A stretch of DNA of 64,000 nucleotides from Takakia lepidozioides. Taxonomy: Eukaryota; Plantae; Bryophyta. The notes beneath the pieces were generated by a model. The model did no database searches. It saw only the letters and a list, made by a program, of their open reading frames with translations, and was not told the DNA's origin. Positions 1 to 10,999 of this stretch are shown piece after piece. Position 1 is the stretch's first letter. Each line of letters begins with the position of its first letter. Location of the stretch: NCBI GenBank assembly GCA_030704615.1, contig CM060732.1:42594001-42658000 (forward strand), in the 5' to 3' direction. A program made the translations under genes and the position numbers.

Positions 1-2199
1 CAATTACCCAGAACTCACATCTTGCAGAGGTATATTTCGGCGCCGCAATATCCATCGCTGCTTAACCAAATCATCTAAACTGCAAATAGGGGGATGCATT
101 GTCAGCAGATTACCTGAACAGGACACGCATTGCCGCTTTGTCGACACCCTCCTGCTCTTCGATGTATACGCTGCGTCTTGCCTTTGCAATTTCTCTGAAA
201 AAGAGGTTTGCGAAGCGCCCTCGCCACAACTGCACGTAGTTCTCCATTGTCTCAGGCTTCGTCCAGTCGATCTGTAACTTGAAAGTGGTGGTGTTGCAGT
301 CCAATTGCTCCTGGGCGTGGGTCAGTACCTGCATCATGGCAGGTTTCCGAAACATTCATGATTTTGAAATTGCGACGATGTCCAACACAGAATAGGAGAA
401 AATTATACCTGATGCCACCAAGTCATGACATTGAGCCAGTCGTTCATTTTGTCGTCTGTTGGCTCGATGGGAAAGTGTGTACAGCAGCTTCGTGTTTGTA
501 TGGCCGTTCCAGATTCGCAGCCACCTCGTCTGCAGCCACCTCACATCGGTCAGACAAGAGCTCCAACATAAGAATCGCGAGAAGTCACAAAACAAGAATA
601 AAACATGCTTACCTTCTCCGCTGGCTCAACACAGGACACTGCGATGTGATGAAGTTTTCCAGGACATTTCCGGTTTCATGGGTCTGGAGTAATGCAGTCC
701 TATCTCCGCCAGCATCGGCACCAAGACCAGGGTCAGCGATTGCAACTTGCTTAACAAGTTTGGACCTGTACTTGGTCCGGGATTGCTTCCCTGCCTGCAC
801 AATATGACTCTCTATCGACGCGTCCGCCTTGTTGGGGCATCATTCTCAAAGAACTGCCTTTTGGCATAGGCCAAGTCATCCCTGATGTTCGTCTGCATTC
901 CCATACCCAGCAGATACAGTCAGGCCACGGATCCCCTGCAACAAATAACATTAAATTGATACTGAAATTTGAGATGAACCTCACCGAATAGAGGATCTCC
1001 ACCCTGGCGTCCAGTGTTGGTCGGTACCAGGTGCGATCTGCTTTCGCTAGGGGACTTCCTGTACAGCTCGGGATCGAGGGACTTTTGGAAGTCCGTCAGC
1101 GGAGCTGTCCCCACTTCTTGCACTCTGTAGAGCGTATGTGCCAGATGAGTTTCCACGAAGGCCCTCTCTGTTACCCTGCCATGAGAAAAAAACAACATGA
1201 AAATATGATTTCGGCACAGCAATCCAATTTCCAGTTCATAGAGTGCATGACAGTGGTGAACATTGCCTATTTCGGCGCCGCAATAGGCAGTACACAAGGA
1301 TGTAATTGTATACTTACAGATTTATATCCGCCATGGCACCCTTCAACAGTCCTCTGTCCCTGACGTCCACCTTCACGACAATGCAGTCCACCATGTAATG
1401 CCAACTGATATCTTGCGGATGCATTTCAGCAATGTACTATGTCCAGGCAAGCATCCTGTGGTTCCCGTCCCAAACGAAGAACATCTTCCCTTCCATGTGT
1501 GCGAATGTGGGATTAGTCTTCAGATAGGCTTCAAACTCGGCATTAACAGTGTGCGACCCCCGTCTGTACCCTTCTCTGAAGTTGTGCTTCAGTCGATCGA
1601 TATCCCCTGGCAGTGCTTGCCTTACAACTGGAAGGCTTACCATGCGACACAAAGGAACTTTAAGGTTCTCGGGACACACCATGGAGCCCAAAACGCGGCC
1701 TATGTTGCTATGAGTCTCTGCCAGCAACCTGTTTGCTGTTTTGCTCCTCCGCAAGCTCCAGCAGTTTCTGATCGTCGCCAAGTCGTACCACGTTATCGTC
1801 CTCTCCTTCTGTCAGTTGAATGGGCCGCCCTTCTGCAGATCCGACTCCCACATCTCCAATTCTGAAGCTCCTCTGCAGTGGGGCCCCTTGTGACACCCTG
1901 GTCATTCTCAATGGAAACGTAGAATGCTGCTCCACCGCATCTGTGTTTTCTGAAATTGATTGCAAACCCAATATCTCCGCTTCCAATCTCCCTAGGGGTT
2001 TTACTGGCGAAGCCATGGGCTCCTTCTGCTTTCTCGGCTTCCGAACTCTAGGTGGGCTTTTCGGAGGCGATATCTGAGGTGTTGAATGAGGACTCGTCTG
2101 CCTCGATGCACTTCCACCTTGTGAGCGCAGCACCCGGGCAGGAGTATCCAAAGTTGACTGTGTTGCCTCGCCCCCCTGCGATCCCTCCCCAGCTCCCAT
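1..2199 (-). pseudogene. Intron-containing ParB/Srx-like domain passenger gene (runs off left edge; frameshifted)
   Basis: Motif KMFFVWDGNHRMLAW. Blocks LKVPLCRMVSL, KQVAIADPGLGAD and AQEQLD...LFFREI...DKAAMRVLFR align by eye with the gene at 32450-34200. Confidence 0.65.
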
Positions 2200-2859
2200 G
2201 TCAAACAAACAGGAAAACATGAGACACTGCACGCCAAAACAAAGGTGTAAAAGGAATATTGCGTATGGAGTGCTTCACATCCGCGAAGCACGAATCTCTC
2301 ACTTGTGGGCGATCCGAGTCTCCGAATAACGACGTCTGCATTTCATGCATGAGACGGAGCTTAAGTCGTGTCGTCGGCGGCTTCCCAAAATCCCGCGTCC
2401 TCCTCTTTGCCGGAGTCGCCTGACCTTCCACAAACTCTATGCTACCACTATGCCGCAAAGGAGAGGAAACGCAGGAGAACGTCACTGCAGAAGGGCAAGG
2501 AGCGAGAGAGCGAAGCGGTGGAACATGCAACCACTATGCACGAGCAGATGCGTAAGCAGCCACGTCTCCCGAAGCGTTGCCACCGTCCACCACTTTCTGC
2601 CGTATGGGTGATGAAGAGATTGTGACCCCTGACACGTTCGCACGGATGAAGTCGACTGGAACACAACGCGTGCCAGTTCCAGCCACCAGTGTTGACGGTT
2701 TATCCGAATTGCGGCACCGAAATACGTTCCGTTCACCGGATGCGGTTCCCGGAGCAGCCGGCATTGAATGAAATATCCGCACATCATGAAACCCAACCGC
2801 CATGAAAATCCCTTGCATATGACATTCAACAGTCAGGTCGGTACGTTTCATCAGCGGAC

Positions 2860-4310
2860 AGATGAATTTCGGCGCCGAAATTCATCCTATTCAAGTGCTT
2901 TCATACACAAACTTACAAATTTCGGCGCCGCAATTCATCGCTTCCCAAGTCCTCATTCGTCATGAGCAAACCTGTCACGGTGGGATATCGGAGCCGGAAT
3001 TAATTCCGGGGACAACGGAACGGCTGCACTTCGCACATTTCATCCATATTTCGGGCGCCGAAATTCATTACGAATATGTCCGTCCGCGCGTAGACGAGGT
3101 GAAATCATCCATATTTTGTCGCCGAAATTCATCGCTTCCCAAGTCCTCATTCGTCATGAGCAAACCTGTCGGTGGGATATCGGAGCCAATTAATTCCGGG
3201 ACAACGGAAACGGGCACATTTCATCCATATTTCGGCGCCGAAATTCATACGAATAGACGAGGTGAAATCATCCATATTTCGGCGCCGAAATTCATCCAGA
3301 GCGAAGACTAAATCGGCACGATGCTATGCTTTGCCGCCATCATTGCCCCTGACAGATGCTGTCCATGCCTGTTGGACTTGCCATTTCTGGACATTTAACT
3401 ATAATTTCGGCGCCGAAATTATACTTTATGTGCGGCAACGTCCCGTGCGAAAAAGACCACTTCATGGATACTGTCGGTTTCAAATGAAAAAAAAAACGGC
3501 TAAAATGCAATTAATTTTGACAGAAGTGGTTTAATTATGCCGATTTTCTCCATTAAATGCAGAATATTCCTGTTATATTCGTCGGAACGGGGTATTTTCA
3601 ACGATTTACGGAAAATTATCATCCAAAAGCAAAAAGTAAGTGCCAGGTTTGGAGGAATTTCGGCGCCGAAATTCATCCGTCACATAGAAAATGTAATATT
3701 AGAGTTACTCATTGCGGACAGTAAGGATGAATTTCGGCGCCGAAATTGATCCATTTCAAGAAAAATAATATTGGAGGGAAGGCATTGGATGAATTTCGGC
3801 GCCGAAATCCGGCGTTAAAACCCTGAAAAAGAATTTGGGAGGATGAAGTCGGCTGAATTTCGGCGCCGAAATTCATTGCTTGCGAAGGAAAAAAAAAATT
3901 CTGGAGGACTTCGGATGAATTTCGGCGCGAAATTCATTGCTCGCGAAGGAAATAAAAAAATCGGGAGGACTCCGGATGAATTTTCGGCGCGAAATTTCAT
4001 TGCTCGCGAAGAAAATAAAAAATATCTCCTGGACTTGGAATGATTTCGGCGCCGAAATTTCAATGCTCGCGAAGAAAAAAAAAATCGGGAGGATTTTGGT
4101 TGAATTTCGGCGCCGAAATTAATTGCTCTCGAAGAAAAAGGGAAATTTAAAGGGAGTACTTGGATGAGATTCGGCCAAAGTTATCTGTCGCAAAGAAAAA
4201 TAAAAACAGAAAGGACTTCCGATGAATTCTGGCACCGAAATCCATACGCAGGCAGCAGAATTAGGGTCGGAAAAGGAGATGAAGAATGAATTTCGGCGCA
4301 AAATACATCC
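2860..4310. repeat. Array of palindromes ATTTCGGCGCCGAAAT (up to 26-bp GATGAATTTCGGCGCCGAAATTCATC)
   Basis: Roughly 20 exact or degenerate copies separated by partly related, A-rich spacers. Confidence 0.9.
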
Positions 4311-4388
4311 ATTTTGCCGAATCAGGATTACTGTCATTCGGAAGTCGGCACGATATCCGGACACGTGGTCAATCACGACTGTAATCAG

Positions 4389-4473
4389 TGTCGTGCGCAT
4401 ACATATCGCTACACAACTACATCGCTGTCCAAACCACACCACACATATATGCACAATAAAGTAGTCTGCCACA
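4389..4473 (-). repeat. Terminal repeat Y, outer copy (~85 bp, TG...CA)
   Basis: Near-identical to 4818-4901. Confidence 0.9.
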
Positions 4474-4474
4474 A

Positions 4475-4815
4475 TGATAAGAAAGGAACACACTGTGACA
4501 CAAAACATGAAAACCAAACCATCACTCTTAGAAAATATAGTCGAGCCAGGGGCACCCCAAGCTATGGGGACTCCACCCCACAACAACCTGTACCCCTACA
4601 TAGCACACTCAAATACTAAACGATGCAGGAGCTCGGTCGCGCAGGCTCAACTCGAGAGAGATGAGCTGCGCGACTGCCGCTCTCGTGAAGATAAGACGAC
4701 CAGGTGTCAAACTAAACTTGACACCTGATTTAACACTTGACCTAAATCCAAGTGTTAAATACAAATAACTAGTTTTATTCTAGCTGTTTTCACACTGTGC
4801 TTATTTAACTTGACA
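4475..4815 (-). repeat. 3' LTR (repeat X) of Gypsy A
   Basis: TGTCAAG...CTTATCA in element sense; homologous to 15894-16251 and 53383-53732. Confidence 0.9.
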
Positions 4816-4817
4816 GC

Positions 4818-4901
4818 TGTCGTGCGCATACATATCGCTACACAACTACATCGCTGTCCAACCACACCACACATATATGCACAATAAAGTAGTCTAGCAC
4901 A
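4818..4901 (-). repeat. Terminal repeat Y, inner copy, preceded in element sense by a G-run (putative PPT, 4904-4912)
   Basis: Duplicate of 4389-4473. Minus strand reads TAGGGGGGCG-AT-TGTGCTAG. Confidence 0.85.
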
Positions 4902-5158
4902 ATCGCCCCCCTAGCTGGTGGATAGGTCCCTCTACCTCCAGATAGCTACAATGTAATAGCCACAGCCGTACTAAGTCCTCTATCACTGTCTTTATCGTGC
5001 TCAAACTCTATCACCAAGAGGCCGGGTACAAAGAGTAGCCCCATCGTTAGTCGCCGTCTTGCAATCTATGAACTTGAGCCAAGATCTCGTGTGTTCAAGG
5101 TCTCCTAGTAGCTGGGCCTTGCGTTTCTTGTTAGCCTCCATGGTTGTATCCACTCCCA

Positions 5159-5302
5159 CTATCCAATGCAATGTGGACATAACCAATCCCCATCCGGAAC
5201 CATCTCAAGAGGTGGAGTCAAGCATCCCATATGCCAACCTCTAGAGCACCGATCACATACCAGCATGGTGGCTGCCCCTTTAGCAGACCCACACAACATG
5301 CA
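5159..5302 (-). CDS. PHD finger at the C-terminus of the integrase (Gypsy A)
   Basis: CMLC...LVCDRCSRGWHMGCLTPPLEMVPDGDWLCPHC is a canonical C4-H-C3 PHD finger. Confidence 0.93.
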   Translation of the reverse strand, partial: CMLCGSAKGAATMLVCDRCSRGWHMGCLTPPLEMVPDGDWLCPHCIG

Positions 5303-8200
5303 CCTCAAACCTGCAGATACCACTGCCAGGTTTGGGTCAATCCTGCCATCGACATTCGGAAGGTGACATGGCGCACAATTACGCACATGGTCCTTCCAAG
5401 TGATGCCATCCCGACCCTCCAAGACCAACGCCTGAGGGCAAGACCTCTCGAACCCTCAAAATAACACGTCCTGCAGTCACATCCAGGGTCGTAGGAGCAG
5501 TCTGCTGCAGATAGACATAGTCACCAGGGTTGAATCTCCGAACCCCAGGACGATAGCCCCCACCACGTATGGTAGCATACCTCAACGTATCACGGTGTTG
5601 TGCAATGGCAAGGTTCTCGAAAGCCATGGGCATGACTCTCTTGAACAACTCTGCACGCTGCTCACATGCACGTGCCCACACGTCCGGATCGTCAAGGTTA
5701 AGAACTGTAGCAGCTTCTCTGCGAATGGATGTAGGCAAATCCGGCTCTCGGCCAAAGAGAAGAAGTATGGTGAGAAGGAGGCAAGTGATGCTTGCTTGCT
5801 GAACCTGTAGCCCATGGCTAACCAGGGTAACTGAAGGTCCCAATCTCCTAGGTGTCCCTTCTGCAAGCCATACTTGCGCAAACCCCTCTTTACTGTCTGA
5901 ACAACTCTCTCTGCCAAGCCATCGGCTTCAGGATGATCCCGAGAAGTGGTGCGGTGGTCTATCAAGGCCTTGTCACACAAAGCCTGAAACTCCCCCAAGA
6001 ACTCTCTCCCTTGGTCCGTGAGTACCTCAGCTGGAGCACCGAATCGGCTAAGCACACAATCCAGGAATGCATACGCAGCTCCCTCACTAGCCTTATCAGG
6101 CAATGGAACCAATTCAATCCACTTGGAGAAGTGCTCCACCATCACCAACACGTACTTGTTGTGGCGCATGGTCAGTGGCAACGGCCCTGCGAAGTCAAGA
6201 CTCCACCTGTAGCCCAATCCCATGATCGGAAGAGGGTGCAATTGTGGAGTAGGGGCGTTGAATGAAGCACGCACCCTGTCACACACCATGCACCTAGCCA
6301 CAAATTGTTGCACCTCTGTGTGCATACCACGCCACCAATACTGCCCCTGCAGTAGACTATGAGTGCGTCGCACCCCAAAATGCCCCAACTCCTCATGGGC
6401 ATGCCGCACTAACCGTGCCCGCTGTGTTGGGTGAGGCACAATCCTCACTCGACCATCCTCCCACACTCGGAGCAGGTGTGTCCCCTCCCACCTGAACCTC
6501 TTGGCTCGTTGTAGGATCCGATCCCTCTCCTTGGCAGTCATAGTGGCTGCCGTGTCTCCACTGCGGAGGTAGTCCAACACAACTGAATCCTCATGTATAT
6601 CTTTGGCGCCACCCTGCTCATTGCTGGCCTCAGGGTCCTCAGACACTTGATCTACAGTCATCCCTGTTGTAGGTCCAACCTGGCCTTCCGCTGCCAAGAT
6701 ACACAGAAATGCAGATGCATGCCATCCGGGCACCATCTCCTCGTCCGTCTCACCATGCCACCGAGCTCCAGTGTCATCCTGCTGGCTCGTGCATGGATTG
6801 CGACTCAACCCATCTGCATTTCGATTGACCAAACCCGGTCGATGCACCACCTGAAAGTCATACTCTTGAAGGATGAGTGCCCACCGTGCAAGCTTCCCCG
6901 TAAGCTTGTCTGACTCCATCAACCACTTGAGTGGTTGGTGATCCGTGACAAGGGTGAAGAGATTGCCGTATAAATAGCACCTGAAGTGTGCCACGGCCCA
7001 CACTGCAGCTAAGCATTCTCCCTCATATGAGCTATACTTAGACTCTGCAGCATTGTTCGAGCGGCTAGCATAAGCCACTACGAACTCTCTTCCCTCATCA
7101 TCCACCTGTGTGAGCACCGCTCCAAGCCCCAGCATGCTCCAATCTGTATGCAGCTGAAAAGGACGCCCCCTGATAGGTCGTCTCAAGATGGGCGCCGAGG
7201 TCAACCTCGCCTTGAGCTCTTGAAAAGCTTGTTCTTGCTCATCTCTCTCCCACTGCCACTCCTGGTCCACCTTGGTCAGCTTGGTTAGAGCCTTTGCAAT
7301 GGCACTAAATCCCTTAACAAACCGTCTGTAATAGTTTGCTAACCCCATGAAAGCTCGAACTCGGCTCACATCCGTGGGGCGTGGAACCTGTGCAATGGAC
7401 TCTACCTTAGTCTGCTGTACCCCCAATCCTCCAGGATATATCATGTGACCCAGATACTCAATCTGGTTGTGGAAAAACTTGCACTTGCCCGGATGTAACT
7501 TCAATCCGTGCGTCCTCAAGCGCTCAAATACCCCCTGAAGGTGTCTCTCATGCTCCTCCACCGTAGCACTAAAGATGATGATGTCATCTATGTAGCACCG
7601 AGCAAACTCCACCCCTGCTAGAATCCTGTCCATGACTCTTTGAAACTCAGCGGAGCGTTTTTAAGCCCAAATGGTAAGAACCGCCACTGGTATAGGCAAT
7701 CCTTCCCGTGCTCATTGATCCCCCAGAATGCCGTCTTTTGCTTATCCGCCTCCTTGATCGGCAACTGGTGATATCCGGATCGTAAATCCAACGTGCTAAA
7801 GACCTTGGAATGCCCAATGGCATCAAAGATCTCCTCTGGTGTTGGCATGGCATACCTATCGGACTTGGTCTGACGATTTACAGGCCGGTAATCACCGCAC
7901 ATACGTCTCTCCGTCCAATTGCCATAGACATCCTTCTTAGCTGGCATCACTGTGGCTGAAGCATACTCTCCACCAGAGAGCTCCACCAAACCTGCCTCCC
8001 AGAGATCTTGAGTCCTCATCTGAATCAAAGACCTCTCCATGTCACTGTATCTATAGGGTCTCCGAAAGATTGGCGTGTCAGTGGCCAACTCAATACGGAT
8101 CTCTTGACCCTTCAGTGCTCCCAAGTCCTTCAAACTGAAGGCAAAGCAATTCCTAAGCCCTCAGGAACCGCCGTATACGTCGTCTCTCTCCTCCGGTGAC
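5303..8200 (-). CDS. Pol RT-RNase H-integrase of Gypsy A (several 1-bp frameshifts)
   Basis: [31 protein letters not shown]; LHTDWS...YEGECLA...TDH; HEELGH...CMVC; WSLDF...LTDQGREF...GLAER. Confidence 0.95.
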
Positions 8201-8599
8201 AATGGGTCCAATATCAGGCTCCCAATTGTCCTCCGTAACTGCAACCTTAAGTCCAGTGGGCTTAGAGGTAGAGGACGCGTCCCGTGGTTGCTATGCTGCA
8301 ACCTCTTGAGCAGTACCCCCTTCCTGCTCAGTCAATGACAAGGCCTCATCCTGCCCCATCATCTCATCATTGAGAACCTCCTCATCCCGAGAAGAATCCC
8401 CAACCTCATCCATCACAGCTGCCTTCGCTGCCAACTCCCTCTGAACCTCGAGCACCTCCCACATGTGCCATGGATGTCTACACCTCGTGGTCCTCACCGG
8501 CTCGCCCCCACTCGCTGCCTGTACCGTCTCGGTAGGCAGAGAGACCATCAAGGGAAGTGCACTCCGCACTCTACGTTGCTCAGCCATAGCCAAGCTGAC

Positions 8600-9540
8600 A
8601 ATCCAGGTCAAGCAATTGAGATCCATTGCTTGCCCCAACACCTGACGACGTGATGCCTCAGAAAGGAAGGCACCGCCGTGGTCCCAGTGGAAAACCCATA
8701 GCCCGCTCTCGCTCGTCGGCATTAGGCTCCACTAACTGCTGCAACTGAGCATCCCACAGGAGGCCAGGTCCACCATCCCGAAAAGCATGGGATCCTGGGA
8801 AGCTGAGCAGTGTAGGTAATGCTGCTCGTGGTTGACCCACCCTGTTGACCACTGCCAAAGGCGAACGGTCATCGTGTCTCACACGTTGAGACTGCCTTCC
8901 TGTGTCCAAAATGCCATCCACGGTGAGGTGTGCTGGCCGCTGCACCCCATCAAATGCACGCTTGAGCAGTGCGGGTGGCATCAAGTTAGTCCACCATAGT
9001 CGTGGACGATGAGCCCGTGACCCCACTGCAGCTGCATCCAGCAACACTGCTGACCCAAGCCACGACCGGACTTGATGCACACTGGCCATCACCCTGGCCC
9101 GAGAATCACCCATCAGTGGCACATTCTCCAAGATGTATGCCGGAGATACAGCTGATGAAGCTGCAAGTGGCGCAAAATCCGCACCATCTCCCAAAACAGA
9201 CCCGTCCTCGAGTCTCGCAATCCATTGCCATGCCCGGCTGATGAATGCCCTTGGCAGGGCCAACCTGCCACTACCAGATCAATGGAGCCAACCCGCTCCA
9301 AATCCTGCGCCCCCAGCAACGCAATGTCTGCTGGCAAGGCCTGCTGATATCCACGAACTGCAGACACCGGCAACAACTCAGGGTACTGCTGCACCATCTG
9401 AGCAACATGGCGCAGTGAGACGCGTCGTGCAGTCTCATCCCTCTCCACATACAGGTAACGTCGAACTCGTACACCTGCCTGCAGCACTGCAGCCAATCCA
9501 GTGCTGATCCCGCCAAATAAGTCCAGAAGGCATGCCTTCA
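8600..9540 (-). CDS. DNMT3-like C5 cytosine DNA methyltransferase domain embedded between PR and RT (Gypsy A)
   Basis: Motif I LDLFGGISTG; IV AGWPCQGHS (catalytic PC); LFWEMVRIL; VI ILENV; VIII AHRPRLWWTN; IX ERERAMGFP; X RRQVLGQAMD. Spread over three frames. Confidence 0.93.
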
Positions 9541-10099
9541 TCCGGCGCTGCCACACAAGAGGTGTGGTGTCCAATGGCGACAACTGAGGTGGCCCTGGTG
9601 CAATCACCGCACTCTCTCCTCTCCTGACGGTACAAAAGCTTCTACCCAAGCTTGTTGCACCCGTCCATCAGCAGCGTGCTGCAAATCCTTGCTCGTACCC
9701 CACAACGGAGTGTGAGCAACCATGGCAGGCAACTCCGCCGTACCATGCATGTCATCCTGCTCTGCTGGAGGTGGCACATCCTCTGCATGGGCATTGCCTT
9801 CCAGCAACTCTCCAGGCCAACTACTGCAGCTGTGAAGGCGGCTAGTGTTGGCATCTTGCCCCGCTGGCAGCTGCAATACCCCCAATGAATGTCACAGGGA
9901 GCTGTGCACGGCGACCATCCCCTGACTGCCATCCAGGCCTGTAGGATGCTGACTCCTCCCAAATCCAGGGTGAAGCCCATGGGGTATAACACTGCCCCCC
10001 ACCACGAGGACATCGTAAGAGACCGCGTCTGTCACAAATGGCCTTGGCTCGCATCACTGAGCCATCTACAGGATGATCCGGCTGCAGTCTAATAGCCAA

Positions 10100-10380
10100 C
10101 TGATGCCGTGTCATGCCGCGAGCCTGCTCTGATCCTCCCAGAGATGTCTGTATCTGGAAAGACAAGGCTCCATATCCGCCTCCATGAGGCCCAAACCTGC
10201 AATAGCAGCTCTGCCCAACATCAGTGGCTGAGCTCCTGAGTCCAACAAGACCCGCAGTGGCCGGTACTTCTTGCCTGCCGGTCCACTCAAAGTGAAAATG
10301 CCTCCCTGGTTGTCTAACAAGACAACTCCAGGTGTCACCATGGCGCGCTCAAAGGCTGGCCTAGCTGGCAGCTCCGTCAA
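10100..10380 (-). CDS. Aspartic protease of Gypsy A
   Basis: LRVLLDSGAQPLM; downstream YDVLVGGAVL is visible in copy B. Confidence 0.8.
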
Positions 10381-10999
10381 CTGGCAGCTGCAGCTTGCCA
10401 GGCGCTGCCGTGGCAGTCTTGACCCTCAAATCCGAGGATCCCTCTGCCACTACACCTTCCACTAACTCCGCAAGATGAAGTGACCTCCCACTCTCACAGA
10501 GTGTTGCTGCTAGTCTGAACACTGCAAGCTGGTCTCACTCCCGCGTCGCAATCATGGTCGCGAGAACAGTGGGGCCACACCAGAGGTGGCTGCTCCCAAT
10601 AACACACCGGCTGCACTAGCCTTGGTAGTAGGGTCAGTGCTGCACGGGTAGCTTTCCCAATGGCATAGTAACCTCCGCCTCGGTAACAGTCGGGCGAGAA
10701 CTAGGTGCCATGGATGGCGTTGACACTGTCTCCGCCAAGGTGAATGACTGAGGCAGCCTTGCCTGACGGCTTGCCTCCCCACGTTGTGGATCCAACTCCA
10801 CCTGCACCTCGTGGCTCAGGAACTCGTGTTGCTCCTCGAGTCACGGCTGCAGCAGACTCCACCTGCTCTAATGGTAGTGCTGCTCCGCACATGATCCATT
10901 CCGCCCATATCTCCTCCCTCAGGAGCAGGAGGTGGGCCATCCCGCCTGGGAGCCGGTACCGCCTGAGCTATAGCCATGGCAGCGAGCCGCCTGCTCTAG

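Noticed and set aside
2860-4310. CRISPR array (palindromic repeats with spacers); also 29850-30640
   Set aside because: Spacers are irregular in length and related to each other, no cas genes are present, and the context is a eukaryotic transposon.
8600-9540. Bacterial restriction-modification methylase or host DNMT gene
   Set aside because: The domain is embedded in pol between PR and RT in two copies, with DNMT3-like motifs and no partner endonuclease or introns.
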